From NCBI GenBank assembly GCA_963663765.2, contig CAXXUA010000005.1, positions 288,001 through 352,000 on the forward strand: DNA of 64,000 bases, read 5' to 3'. The translations under genes and the position numbers were made by a program. Below the pieces are notes generated by a model. That model searched no databases, was not told the origin of the DNA, and worked only from the letters and a program-made list of their open reading frames with translations. Shown here one piece after another: positions 41,437 through 51,334 of the stretch; position 1 is the first letter of the stretch; every line of letters starts with the position of its first letter. The DNA is from Candidatus Poribacteria bacterium (GTDB lineage: Bacteria; Poribacteria; WGA-4E; WGA-3G).

Positions 41437-41482
41437 TGTGTGTCCTCCAAGATCCAATAGCCTGTTACAATTACCTTATAAA

Positions 41483-42049
41483 TTAACCAGCAACTTTCCC
41501 TTCTTTATCGCGTACACGTTCACCATCATATCTGATACCTTTGCACGGTTTATATGTATCGGGTTTTTTAATTTGTCGTATTGAAGCGGCGACTTGTCCA
41601 ACGACCTGCTTATCAATACCACTTATTAGAATAGGTATGTGTGTCTGTCCATCTATGTTCTCAGAGGGTTCAACGGTCAGCGTTATACCCTCTGGTGGTG
41701 TGAAGGTAACAGAATGTGAATATCCAACATCAAGTGTCAAAACATTTTGTCGAGTAACTTCCGCTCTGTATCCAGTACCAACAACGCGTAACTTTTTTTC
41801 AAATCCTTCGGAAACGCCTGCTACCATGTTTGCGATAAGACTACGTGCTAACCCATGTAGTGCCTTTTGCTGTTTCTTGTCGTTCGCGCGTGTGATATTG
41901 ATTGCGTCTTCTTCAATACTTGCATCAATTCCTTGCGGGATGGTCCAATTCAAAGTCCCTTTTGGACCTTCTACCTTTACCTCGCTTGCAGTGAAATCAA
42001 CTTTCACTGAACTTGGAATTGGAATTGGAATTTGTCCAATACGTGACAT
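41483..42049 (-). CDS. rplF: 50S ribosomal protein L6
   Basis: MSRIG, GPKGTL, GTGYRA and GIDKQ.VGQ motifs. Confidence 0.95.
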   Translation of the reverse strand: MSRIGQIPIPIPSSVKVDFTASEVKVEGPKGTLNWTIPQGIDASIEEDAINITRANDKKQQKALHGLARSLIANMVAGVSEGFEKKLRVVGTGYRAEVTRQNVLTLDVGYSHSVTFTPPEGITLTVEPSENIDGQTHIPILISGIDKQVVGQVAASIRQIKKPDTYKPCKGIRYDGERVRDKEGKVAG

Positions 42050-42108
42050 TATGTTCTCCAATCTACATTATGAACTTGCATGTATGTTATAAGATACATG
42101 GTGTTTGA

Positions 42109-42510
42109 TTACCAGACATAGCAAAGGACTTCACCACCGACTTTTGACTGTCTACACTCAATTGAAGTTTTTACGCCTTGAGAAGTTGACAGGATAGCAA
42201 TTCCTAAGTCACCATAAACCCGTGGTAGTTTATCTGATTTTGCATATACCCGTCTACCTGGTTTGCTGATTCGTCTGAGATTAGTAATAGCCTTTTCTTT
42301 GCTATTTGCACCGTATTTCAGATAGATTCTAATAATACCTTGTTTGCCATCTTCAATGAAACGGTAGTTTCGGATAAATCCTTCTTCTGCTAAGATTCGT
42401 GCGATCTCTAATTTAACCTTTGACGCTAACATCTCAACGCGTTCATGTCCGGCAATATTGGCATTACGGATTCGCGTCAACATATCTGCGATTGGGTCAG
42501 TCATTGACAT
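42109..42510 (-). CDS. rpsH: 30S ribosomal protein S8
   Basis: [22 protein letters not shown] and GGEVLC motifs. Confidence 0.97.
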   Translation of the reverse strand: MSMTDPIADMLTRIRNANIAGHERVEMLASKVKLEIARILAEEGFIRNYRFIEDGKQGIIRIYLKYGANSKEKAITNLRRISKPGRRVYAKSDKLPRVYGDLGIAILSTSQGVKTSIECRQSKVGGEVLCYVW

Positions 42511-42524
42511 GATAAATCTCCTTC

Positions 42525-42710
42525 TTACCAACTTGCCTTTCTGACACCTGGTATTTTCCCAGCGCGTGCAAAGAGACGAAAGCAGATACGACATAATTCA
42601 AACTTCCGTAGATACCCTCTTGCTCGTCCACATTTATTGCATCGGTTGTATTTACGGGTACTGAATTTTGGTTTTTTTTGATTTCTGGCAATCCATGATT
42701 TACTTGCCAA
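42525..42710 (-). CDS. rpsN: 30S ribosomal protein S14, zinc-binding type Z
   Basis: RCNKCGR...LCRICFR...PGVRKASW. Confidence 0.95.
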   Translation of the reverse strand: MASKSWIARNQKKPKFSTRKYNRCNKCGRARGYLRKFELCRICFRLFARAGKIPGVRKASW

Positions 42711-42802
42711 TACATTTTCTCCTTTAATTATATTAATCTTTGTTTCAATTACTTGGTACGGTGGAATACCGTACCAGCTGAAACATTGTAATATCCTTGT
42801 TT

Positions 42803-43366
42803 TTACTGACGGAAAGGCATTCCTAATTCACTTAACAATGCTCGTGCTTCCTCATCAGTGTCTGCTGTAGTTACAACTGTAACATTCATACCCCGGATTT
42901 CATTCACGTCGTCATAGTCAATTTCTGGAAAGATAAGCTGTTCTGTTAGACCTAATGAATAGTTTCCACGTCCATCAAAGGCATCTGGAGACACGCCTCT
43001 GAAATCTCGTATCTGAGGGAGAACTACGTTTATTAGGCGGTTAAGAAATTCGTACATCCTATGCTGTCTGAGTGTGACTCTACAACCGATTGCCATACCA
43101 GGAGTACGCGCCATTTTTGACGGTCCTCTGATTTTGAATGCAGAGATAGATTTTCTTGCCCGAGTGACTACTGCCCGTTGACCTGCAATAAGGGTTAACT
43201 CTTCAACGGCTTCTTCAAGCGCCTTTGGGTTTTGAACCGCTTCGCCGACACCAATATTTAATGCAATTTTTTCCAATTTTGGAATCTGCATAACATTTTC
43301 ATAATTGAATTGTTTATGTAGTGCAGGCACAACTTCTGTTTGATAGAATTCTTTAAATTGACTCAT
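42803..43366 (-). CDS. rplE: 50S ribosomal protein L5
   Basis: [18 protein letters not shown] and FDGRGNY motifs. Confidence 0.97.
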   Translation of the reverse strand: MSQFKEFYQTEVVPALHKQFNYENVMQIPKLEKIALNIGVGEAVQNPKALEEAVEELTLIAGQRAVVTRARKSISAFKIRGPSKMARTPGMAIGCRVTLRQHRMYEFLNRLINVVLPQIRDFRGVSPDAFDGRGNYSLGLTEQLIFPEIDYDDVNEIRGMNVTVVTTADTDEEARALLSELGMPFRQ

Positions 43367-43471
43367 TTGTCCTATATCCTATAGACTGATGCTTGAGTTT
43401 TGCATATATTTGATAAACATATAATCTATTCTATACATTCTGCTACTTTTCGTAATATGTATGACATCAAA

Positions 43472-43702
43472 TTATTCAATCTTTTTTAAGTTTGATATGT
43501 GTATAGTTCCCTCACGATCGATTATGCCACCTTGTCCCATTTGATTTGGGCGTAAATGTCTTTTGATGAAATGAATACCTTCTACAATTGCCCTATTTTT
43601 CTTTGGGAAAACTTCTAACACAACGCCTTGTTTTCCACGATCTTTTCCGCTCAAAACCAACACTAAATCATCTTTTTTGATATGCAGTTTTTTCTTTGCC
43701 AT
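43472..43702 (-). CDS. rplX: 50S ribosomal protein L24 (short form, 76 aa)
   Basis: IKKDD.V.V.SGKDRGK and IHISN motifs. Confidence 0.92.
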   Translation of the reverse strand: MAKKKLHIKKDDLVLVLSGKDRGKQGVVLEVFPKKNRAIVEGIHFIKRHLRPNQMGQGGIIDREGTIHISNLKKIE

Positions 43703-43711
43703 AAGTTTCTC

Positions 43712-44089
43712 CTAGATCACTTCAGGGGCTAAGGATACGATTCTGGTGAACTTTTTTTCTCTGAGTTCTCGCGCGACGGGTCCAAAGATTCGTGTTCCCA
43801 ATGGATCATTATCGGGGTTGTCTGGTTTTAAGATAACTGCTGCATTTTGATCAAACTTTATATAAGAACCATCTGGACGACGGTATTCTTTAGCAGTTCG
43901 GACGACAACAGCGCGAACGACTTGACCTGCATTGACTTGTGTATTTGGTGCAGCTTCTTTTATGCTTGCCACAATTATATCACCAACCCGTGCATAACGT
44001 CTTCGAGTACCTCCAAGTACGCTTATACACATAAGTTTTCTCGCACCTGAATTATCTGCACACGTTAATCTAGTATAATTTTGAACCAT
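43712..44089 (-). CDS. rplN: 50S ribosomal protein L14
   Basis: ADNSGA and [13 protein letters not shown] motifs. Confidence 0.97.
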   Translation of the reverse strand: MVQNYTRLTCADNSGARKLMCISVLGGTRRRYARVGDIIVASIKEAAPNTQVNAGQVVRAVVVRTAKEYRRPDGSYIKFDQNAAVILKPDNPDNDPLGTRIFGPVARELREKKFTRIVSLAPEVI

Positions 44090-44109
44090 TGGTTTACATT
44101 CCTTCCGAA

Positions 44110-44388
44110 TTAATCAGTAGCAGATTGTGCAGCGGAAATAATAGATTGTACCCGCCAACGTTTATGTTTGCTCAAAGGGCGAGTTTCAATCACTTGTACA
44201 ACATCTCCAACATTACAATTATTCTGTTCATCATGCGCCAGAACCTTTTTGGTAGTTCGCACAACTTTTTTGTAAAGGGGGTGTTGATAACTCCGAACAA
44301 TTGCTACAGATACAGTTTTTTCCATGCGATTACTGACGATCCTACCGGTCCGGATTTTTCGATGTCCTCTTTTTTCCACGTTCAACAT
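44110..44388 (-). CDS. rpsQ: 30S ribosomal protein S17
   Basis: MEKTV, HPLY.K, AHDE and ETRPLSK motifs. Confidence 0.95.
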   Translation of the reverse strand: MLNVEKRGHRKIRTGRIVSNRMEKTVSVAIVRSYQHPLYKKVVRTTKKVLAHDEQNNCNVGDVVQVIETRPLSKHKRWRVQSIISAAQSATD

Positions 44389-44456
44389 ATCCTTATTAAG
44401 AAACCTATATTGTTAAATAAAACTGTCTAAATCAAAACAATTTTATATGCTAATTG

Positions 44457-44669
44457 TTAATCCACTTGATCTTCATCGGTTTCCAATTCACGGGTCCGCA
44501 GTATAGTTTTCACACGTGCAATATCCTTGCGAATTTTACCGATAAGAGTTGTGTCTTCTAATTGTCCCAAAATGCTCCTGGAACTTTGGTTAAAAAGGTT
44601 CTCTTTAAGAGATTCCAGTTCATTTTTTAATTCTTCAGTAGAATTTTCTCGTAATTCATGAGCTTTCAT
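44457..44669 (-). CDS. rpmC: 50S ribosomal protein L29
   Basis: MKAHELR and [10 protein letters not shown] motifs. Confidence 0.93.
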   Translation of the reverse strand: MKAHELRENSTEELKNELESLKENLFNQSSRSILGQLEDTTLIGKIRKDIARVKTILRTRELETDEDQVD

Positions 44670-44671
44670 AA

Positions 44672-45085
44672 CTACACCTCGTCGCGCACCACAAATTTGG
44701 TTTTGATAGGAAATTTGTGCGCAGCACGTTCCATTGCACTTTTTGCAACTTCCCGTGAGACACCACTTAATTCATATAAGATTCTTCCCGGTTTGACCAC
44801 TGCGACCCAAAATTCCGGTGCACCTTTCCCTCCACCCATACGTGTTTCCGCAGGTTTCTTAGTGATGGGTTTGTGGGGGAAAATCTTAATCCACATTTTA
44901 CCACCACGACGAACAGCTCGTGTGATTGCAACTCTACCAGATTCTATCTGATTGCTTGTAATCCACCCGGCTTCCATCGCTTGTAACCCATATTCACCGA
45001 AGCTGATTTTGGAACCTCTGTGTGGTTTTCCTCTGCGTTTTCCGCGGTGTACTTTGCGATGCATCACACGTTTCGGCATCAACAT
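44672..45085 (-). CDS. rplP: 50S ribosomal protein L16
   Basis: [12 protein letters not shown] motif. Confidence 0.97.
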   Translation of the reverse strand: MLMPKRVMHRKVHRGKRRGKPHRGSKISFGEYGLQAMEAGWITSNQIESGRVAITRAVRRGGKMWIKIFPHKPITKKPAETRMGGGKGAPEFWVAVVKPGRILYELSGVSREVAKSAMERAAHKFPIKTKFVVRDEV

Positions 45086-45154
45086 TTGAACTACTCCTTT
45101 AACCTGTTTTGTGATCTCACGAGCAAACGACTTTCAATTGTATTACTTGCTCTG

Positions 45155-46012
45155 CTACTGTCTATCGTTACGTTGTTGTCTCTGTCTGTTATTTCCTTGA
45201 TTACTTTGACTGCGCGATGTATTGCGACTTCCTGATTGACGGTTGCTAGATTGACGACTACCAGATTGTCGATTACTTGACTGACGATTTCCTGATTGAC
45301 GACCACCAGAACGCGAATCTCTGGGATTGCTGCTTCTCCTACTTTGTTGACGTCTGCTCGTTGATTCGGCAGTTGGTATTTCTGCACCTTCAAGGATTTC
45401 GCCTTTGAAAATCCAAGTTTTTACACCTATTTTCCCATAAGTAGTGTTTGCTTCAGTAAAACCATAATCAACATTTGCACGAAGCGTATGTAATGGTACG
45501 CGTCCTTCAAGACTAGATTCTGAACGTGCTATTTCTTTCCCATCCAGTCTGCCGCTAACCATCACTTTTACTCCCTGGGCACCCGCTTGCATTGAGACAG
45601 CGATGTTCCTACGCATTGCTTGCTTGAAACTTGTGCGACGTTCAATCTGTGTTGCTACAGCTTCCGCAAGGAGTTGCGCATCCAGTTCAGGTACTTTTAT
45701 TTCAATTACATCAACTTTGACGATCCGCCCAATGAGTTTTTCCAGCTCCGTTTCAAGTTTTTCGGTTTCAACGCCTCTTCGTCCAATGACGATTCCGGGT
45801 CTTGCAGTATGTATTTTTATATTGCATTTTTCAGCGACGCGTTCAACTTCAATTTTTGAGATACCAGCACGTACCAATTTCTCTTTGACGTACTGCTGAA
45901 TCTTAAAATCTTCATGCAGCCACTTTGCGTAATCACGGTCACTATACCATTTTGAGTCCCAAGTTTCAATTATTCCTAAACGTAACCCACGCGGGTGAGT
46001 TTTTTGTCCCAT
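45155..46012 (-). CDS. rpsC: 30S ribosomal protein S3 with repetitive C-terminal tail
   Basis: MGQKTHP, RPGIVIG and GRVPLHTLRA motifs. Confidence 0.97.
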   Translation of the reverse strand: MGQKTHPRGLRLGIIETWDSKWYSDRDYAKWLHEDFKIQQYVKEKLVRAGISKIEVERVAEKCNIKIHTARPGIVIGRRGVETEKLETELEKLIGRIVKVDVIEIKVPELDAQLLAEAVATQIERRTSFKQAMRRNIAVSMQAGAQGVKVMVSGRLDGKEIARSESSLEGRVPLHTLRANVDYGFTEANTTYGKIGVKTWIFKGEILEGAEIPTAESTSRRQQSRRSSNPRDSRSGGRQSGNRQSSNRQSGSRQSSNRQSGSRNTSRSQSNQGNNRQRQQRNDRQ

Positions 46013-46071
46013 ACTAACCTCCAGGCGGATACGAACGCATTGTAAGATCGGAGGAATTGCATTTATATTGA

Positions 46072-46425
46072 CTATAAATCAACATCTTCATCCTCCTCAT
46101 CCACCACAACAGTGATATGACTTTGTCGTTTGAATATACGATTTGCCATACCGCGTGCACGGGGACGTATCCATTTTCGTGTAATTCCTTCATCAACACG
46201 AATTTCTTTGACATATAAATCAGCGATATTCACATTAGGATCTTGGTATTGGACATTCGCTGCCGCGGATTGAATCAACTTATAAATCACAGGTGATGCT
46301 GCTTTATGTGTAAAGCTCAGTTGATTCAGTGCATCATCAACATATTGATTCCGAACTAAATCAGCAACAAGCCGTGCTTTACGAGGTGCAACCGAAGCGT
46401 TACGGATCTTTGCCCTTCCTTCCAT
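46072..46425 (-). CDS. rplV: 50S ribosomal protein L22
   Basis: PRKARLVADLVR, SAAAN and PRARG motifs. Confidence 0.96.
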   Translation of the reverse strand: MEGRAKIRNASVAPRKARLVADLVRNQYVDDALNQLSFTHKAASPVIYKLIQSAAANVQYQDPNVNIADLYVKEIRVDEGITRKWIRPRARGMANRIFKRQSHITVVVDEEDEDVDL

Positions 46426-46558
46426 CAGTATCTCCTACCAGACTCTATGTGCTAATCAGGACACAAAGCCTTGTTTAATATATCTATTAACACTCTTATG
46501 TAGATAAACGTCAAAATATCTTGACATTTCAGAATTTAATTCCTATAGTAAATTAATC

Positions 46559-46831
46559 CTATGTTCTTCTTTGACCACCAGCGTGTGAACGGAAAGTTCG
46601 TGTAGGTGCGAATTCTCCGAGTTTATGCCCAACCATATTTTCTGTTATATAAACTGGAAAAAACTTTTTTCCGTTATGAATAGCAACGGTATGTCCAACA
46701 AATTCAGGTGTAATAGTAGAACTTCGTGCCCAAGTGCGAAGGACACGTTTACTTCCAGATTGTTCCATCTCTGCTATATGTTTCGCGAGTTTTGGGTCAA
46801 CGTAAGGACCTTTTTTTATTGAACGTGGCAT
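46559..46831 (-). CDS. rpsS: 30S ribosomal protein S19
   Basis: RSIKKGP and [11 protein letters not shown] motifs. Confidence 0.97.
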   Translation of the reverse strand: MPRSIKKGPYVDPKLAKHIAEMEQSGSKRVLRTWARSSTITPEFVGHTVAIHNGKKFFPVYITENMVGHKLGEFAPTRTFRSHAGGQRRT

Positions 46832-46880
46832 TTACATTACTCCTTATAGATTGTGTCTCAATATGTTTGTCTATGATTAC

Positions 46881-47696
46881 CTATTTACGCCTTCCCATAA
46901 TATATTGACTGGATTTCTTCTTAGGATTTCTTGTCCGATAACCTTTTGTTGGCACACCCCAAGGTGTAACTGGATGTCTACCACCAGAACTTTTTCCTTC
47001 TCCGCCACCGTGCGGATGGTCAACTGGATTCATCGCAACTCCTCTAACTTTTGGACGTTTACCCAACCATCTTGAACGTCCAGCTTTTCCGACAACGATT
47101 GTTGTGACGTTACCTACCTGTCCAATCGTTGCCATACACTTCACGGGCACAAGCCGTATTTCACCTGAAGGGAGTCGGATACGTGCAAACTTCCCTTCAC
47201 GATCAATCAGTTGTGCGGCTCCTCCTGCACTTCTGACTAATTGTCCACCTTTTCCTGGTTGCATTTCAATGTTATGAATAGATGAACCTAAAGGTATTTT
47301 TTCAAGCGGTAATGCATTTCCAACCTGAATTTCTGAGTTAGGACCGGAAGTGACAGAGTCTCCGACCTGAATACCGAGTGGAGCGATAATATAACGTTTT
47401 TCACCATCTGCATAATGCAGTAGTGCAATATGTGCTGAACGGTTTGGGTCGTATTCAATTGTTGCAACTTTTGCTGGAATATCAAATTTATCACGCTTGA
47501 AATCAATGACACGATAACGACGTTTGTGACCACCACCGCGTCTCCGAACGGTTAAACGCCCTTTATTATTCCGTCCTGCATTTTTCTTTTTTCCTTTGAC
47601 AAGTGATTTCTCCGGTTTCCGACGTGTTATCTCTTCAAAGGTATAACCAGTCATGAACCGACGACTCGGTGTAAACGGCTTATATGTTTTTGCCAC
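46881..47696 (-). CDS. rplB: 50S ribosomal protein L2
   Basis: EYDPNRSA and [13 protein letters not shown] motifs. Confidence 0.97.
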   Translation of the reverse strand: MAKTYKPFTPSRRFMTGYTFEEITRRKPEKSLVKGKKKNAGRNNKGRLTVRRRGGGHKRRYRVIDFKRDKFDIPAKVATIEYDPNRSAHIALLHYADGEKRYIIAPLGIQVGDSVTSGPNSEIQVGNALPLEKIPLGSSIHNIEMQPGKGGQLVRSAGGAAQLIDREGKFARIRLPSGEIRLVPVKCMATIGQVGNVTTIVVGKAGRSRWLGKRPKVRGVAMNPVDHPHGGGEGKSSGGRHPVTPWGVPTKGYRTRNPKKKSSQYIMGRRK

Positions 47697-47744
47697 TCTC
47701 AATTCCTCTCGTAAAAAACTTTTTAATTATACTAGCGTTTTAAG

Positions 47745-48044
47745 TTAGATACTCTCAAAAACGGAGATCCTTGTTCCTTCTTCTACAGTGATAATAGCCT
47801 TTTTCCAATGCGGACGTCTTCCACGTTGATAACGGTTCATTCTTCCCTTGATTTTCCCCCGTATCCGCATAGTGTGGACATCAATGATGCTGCCTTTTAT
47901 ATCAAACAATTCCTCTGCAGCGCGTCGAATTTCTGGTTTTGTTGCTTCTCTACTGACAACGAACGAGTATTTGTTGTCTTCTCGCAATAGTGTACTTTTT
48001 TCTGTTATATGAGGCTTTAGAATAATCTGGTAATTGTCTTTCAT
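47745..48044 (-). CDS. rplW: 50S ribosomal protein L23
   Basis: P.ITEKS, ATKPEI and WKKAI motifs. Confidence 0.95.
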   Translation of the reverse strand: MKDNYQIILKPHITEKSTLLREDNKYSFVVSREATKPEIRRAAEELFDIKGSIIDVHTMRIRGKIKGRMNRYQRGRRPHWKKAIITVEEGTRISVFESI

Positions 48045-48048
48045 AAAA

Positions 48049-48684
48049 TTATCCTTTTGTTCCGATAAATTTTGCTTCTAAATTCTCGGCGGCATTTTCC
48101 GTGATGATCAACTTGTCATGCCACATCACTTGGTATATATTGAGCATATCCCAAGTACAACTATTAACTTTCGGGATATTCCTTAAAGAGAGATAAATAT
48201 TTGGATTGTGTTCATTTAGGATGAACAGTACCTTGCCTTCTAAGTCCAAAGCGTTTAGGATTGATACAATATCTTTTGTTCGCGGACGTTCAAGGGTAAA
48301 ATCTTCTACTAGAACACACTGTTCATTTTGAAACCTATCAGCAAGTGCACTTTTTAAGCCGAGACGACGAACTTGTTTAGGTGTGCGTTGACGATAACTA
48401 CGTGGTTTAGGTCCGAATGCGACACCCCCATGCACTCGCAAGGGTGATCCCGCATCACCGACACGCGCTCTACCAGTGCCCTTTTGCCTATACAATTTCC
48501 TACCGCTACCTTTGACTTCACTGCGACGTTTTGTTGAGGCTGTTCCACTTCTTTGGTTAGCGAGATACGCTACAACACATTGGTGAATAACATGCGCATT
48601 GACCTCCGCATGTGTAAACGAATCAGCGAGGTCTTTTTCACGAAGAACTTCTCCTGAACGGTTGTGTACGTTTAAAGTAGCCAT
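48049..48684 (-). CDS. rplD: 50S ribosomal protein L4
   Basis: RQKGTGRAR and GG..FGPKPR motifs. Confidence 0.97.
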   Translation of the reverse strand: MATLNVHNRSGEVLREKDLADSFTHAEVNAHVIHQCVVAYLANQRSGTASTKRRSEVKGSGRKLYRQKGTGRARVGDAGSPLRVHGGVAFGPKPRSYRQRTPKQVRRLGLKSALADRFQNEQCVLVEDFTLERPRTKDIVSILNALDLEGKVLFILNEHNPNIYLSLRNIPKVNSCTWDMLNIYQVMWHDKLIITENAAENLEAKFIGTKG

Positions 48685-48780
48685 AACTCTCTTATCTTTT
48701 CTCCAATATGTTAAACTTGCATGAATTACCCCTGCTATCCTCTTGGAGGTGCTGGGGTGATTTTAAACAACGTCTAATAG

Positions 48781-49437
48781 TTAGTTTTCAGTTTTATCTG
48801 ATCCAGTTGCTTTAATAGCTTTCCTAATTAATAGAAATCCATTGGGGGGTCCTGGAATAGCTCCTTTTACAACTAATAAATTACGTTCAGGGTCGGCTTG
48901 AATAACTTGTAAATTTTGGACAGTGTGTCTTTTTGCTCCGTAACGACCAGGCATCTTTTTCCCTTTAAAGACGCGTGAAGGTGTTGCACTAGCACCTATT
49001 GCACCTGGACGCCGTAAGTCTTGCTCACCGCCGTGGCTTTTTCTACCGCCAGCAAATCCCCAACGTTTTACAACACCGGTAAATCCATGTCCTTTTGAGG
49101 TCCCGGTCACATCAACGAGTTCACCTTCTGAAAACAGACCCGCATCTACAGTGTCGCCAACATTAATTTCTTCCAGACTTTCTACTTTAAATTCTCTAAG
49201 TATTTGTGTAGGAGGTACATCTGCTTTTGCAAAATGTCCACGCATGGGGTTGTTAAACTTATTCTCTTTGCGTGCACCAAACCCCAATTGAACTGCTTGG
49301 TAACCATCCCGTTCCTGTGTTTTCACTTGAACAATTGGACAAGGCCCAGCTTCAATAACAGTGACAGGAATTGCTTTCCCCGTTTCTTCAAATACTTGGG
49401 TCATCCCAACTTTTCTTCCGATTAGTCCTTTAACCAT
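48781..49437 (-). CDS. rplC: 50S ribosomal protein L3
   Basis: G.K.GMTQ, SKGHGFTGVVKRW and KGAIPG motifs. Confidence 0.97.
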   Translation of the reverse strand: MVKGLIGRKVGMTQVFEETGKAIPVTVIEAGPCPIVQVKTQERDGYQAVQLGFGARKENKFNNPMRGHFAKADVPPTQILREFKVESLEEINVGDTVDAGLFSEGELVDVTGTSKGHGFTGVVKRWGFAGGRKSHGGEQDLRRPGAIGASATPSRVFKGKKMPGRYGAKRHTVQNLQVIQADPERNLLVVKGAIPGPPNGFLLIRKAIKATGSDKTEN

Positions 49438-49449
49438 GTCCTACCTCCG

Positions 49450-49761
49450 TTACAGTAGCGTTATTTTGACATCAACGCCTGCGGGTAGGTCAAGTCGCAT
49501 GAGCGCGTCTACTGTCTTCGGTGCCGTTTCAAGTATATCTAATAGTCGTTTGTGAATTCGCATTTCAAATTGTTCCCGCGACTTTTTGTCTTTGAAAGTT
49601 GATCTTTGGACGGTATAGATATGTTTCTTTGTCGGCAACGGAATCGGTCCTGAGACTCTCGCCTGCGTGTTTTTTGCTGTTGTCGCAATTTGTTTGGCAG
49701 ACTGGTCAAGCAACCTGTAATCATAGGCTTTAAGCCGGATACGAATTTTCTGATTGTTCAT
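49450..49761 (-). CDS. rpsJ: 30S ribosomal protein S10
   Basis: [16 protein letters not shown] and HKRL motifs. Confidence 0.97.
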   Translation of the reverse strand: MNNQKIRIRLKAYDYRLLDQSAKQIATTAKNTQARVSGPIPLPTKKHIYTVQRSTFKDKKSREQFEMRIHKRLLDILETAPKTVDALMRLDLPAGVDVKITLL

Positions 49762-49793
49762 CTCTTTGTTCCTTTATGAGTAAGTAACGGTGT

Positions 49794-49943
49794 GTTCCTC
49801 TTTACTATGCTTAAAATCTTTTTGCATGTATTGTATCGAAGCTGTTCTGATAATAAACCCAATTCTTCTTTGAAGGATTAGAAATAGTCCAGAACGCTTC
49901 GACGAAATACAAAACACGTTTTTTACCAAGTAAACCGAGGAAC
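49794..49943 (-). promoter_or_regulatory. Long irregular RNA hairpin in the tuf-rpsJ spacer (candidate leader or processing element)
   Basis: Nested complementary blocks GTTCCTC/GAGGAAC, TTTACT/AGTAAA, TGTATT/AATACA, TCGAAGC/GCTTCGA, GTTCTG/CAGAAC. Confidence 0.55.
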
Positions 49944-49964
49944 TGAACCTATATGAGCACTTCG

Positions 49965-51164
49965 TTACTCAAGGATTTTAGAGACAACACCTGCGCCGAT
50001 AGTGTGTCCGCCTTCACGGATTGCAAAACGAAGCTGCTCTTCCATCGCAATCGGCTTAGACAGTTGAACTGATATCTGTGCGTTGTCACCGGGCATAATC
50101 ATTTCAATACCTTCAGCGAGGTGCATTTCACCGGTAACATCTGTTGTCCGGAAATAAAACTGCGGACGATAACCACTAAAGAATGGATTCCAACGTCCAC
50201 CTTCCTCTTTTGTTAAGATGTATGCTTCAGCTTCAAACTTGGTATGTGGTGTAACCGTACCGGGAACTGATAAAACTTGTCCTCGTTCAACATCTTCTCG
50301 GTCAATACCTCTTAGTAATGCTCCGATGTTATCCCCTGCTCTACCTTCGTCAAGGAATTTCTTAAACATTTCAACACCCGTAACAACCGTATCTCGTGTA
50401 TCACGAAGCCCAACGATTTCCACCGTATTTCCGACTTCAACAATACCGCGTTCAACACGCCCAGTGACTACGGTACCACGTCCACTGATAGTGAAAATGT
50501 CTTCAATCGGCATCAGGAAAGGTTTATCGGTATCTCGCACTGGCTCCGGTATAAAATCATCTACAGCAGCCATGAGATCAAGGATCGGTTTACATTGGTC
50601 GCTGGTTGGATCCCCTGCAGATTCCATAGCTTCAAGAGCGGAACCTGCAATGATGGGTGTGTCGTCACCTGGGAATTCATATTCATCCAACAATTCACGT
50701 ACTTCCAGTTCTACGAGTTCAAGAAGTTCCTCGTCGTCCACCATGTCTGCTTTATTGAGGAAGACTACTAACGATGGAACGTTGACCTGTCTTGCAAGGA
50801 GTACGTGTTCACGTGTCTGTGGCATAGGGCCATCTGCTGCGGAAACAACCAGAATGGCACCATCCATCTGTGCAGCACCGGTAATCATGTTTTTGATGTA
50901 GTCAGCGTGCCCAGGACAGTCAACGTGAGCGTAGTGTCGGTTTTCTGTCTCGTATTCAACGTGTGCGGTGTTAATGGTAATACCACGTTCTTTTTCTTCG
51001 GGAGCCTTGTCAATGTCCTCATAGGTCATCACATAGTCTTTGTCAGCGAGTTTTGATAACACCATAGTAATTGCTGCAGTAAGCGTTGTTTTACCATGGT
51101 CAACGTGGCCAATTGTACCTACATTAACGTGTGGCTTTGTCCTTTCAAATGCTTGTTTTGCCAT
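49965..51164 (-). CDS. tuf: Elongation factor Tu
   Basis: [17 protein letters not shown] and NKAD motifs. Confidence 0.98.
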   Translation of the reverse strand: MAKQAFERTKPHVNVGTIGHVDHGKTTLTAAITMVLSKLADKDYVMTYEDIDKAPEEKERGITINTAHVEYETENRHYAHVDCPGHADYIKNMITGAAQMDGAILVVSAADGPMPQTREHVLLARQVNVPSLVVFLNKADMVDDEELLELVELEVRELLDEYEFPGDDTPIIAGSALEAMESAGDPTSDQCKPILDLMAAVDDFIPEPVRDTDKPFLMPIEDIFTISGRGTVVTGRVERGIVEVGNTVEIVGLRDTRDTVVTGVEMFKKFLDEGRAGDNIGALLRGIDREDVERGQVLSVPGTVTPHTKFEAEAYILTKEEGGRWNPFFSGYRPQFYFRTTDVTGEMHLAEGIEMIMPGDNAQISVQLSKPIAMEEQLRFAIREGGHTIGAGVVSKILE

Positions 51165-51334
51165 TTCTGTCCGAACTCCAATTATAGGTTTAGTTTTTAG
51201 GTTTTAGTAAATCGATTAACCTTGGTTGAATCTATTCATAGGCGCGCTAATTATGCGCGCAACGTGTGTAAACGGTGTCCGACTATAACCGGACTTTCAC
51301 AAATGCCAAACGATAGTATCGTTTTGGCGTGTCA

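Noticed and set aside
50218-50901. 227-aa plus-strand ORF, and similar antisense ORFs across the ribosomal cluster
   Set aside because: These are antisense shadows of highly conserved genes (tuf, rplF, rpsE, rpsK) with no independent motifs.
49965-51164. Elfamycin-resistance substitutions in EF-Tu
   Set aside because: The positions I could check by eye (Q124, G316 and A375 equivalents) appear canonical; the GGRWNP variant alone is not interpretable.
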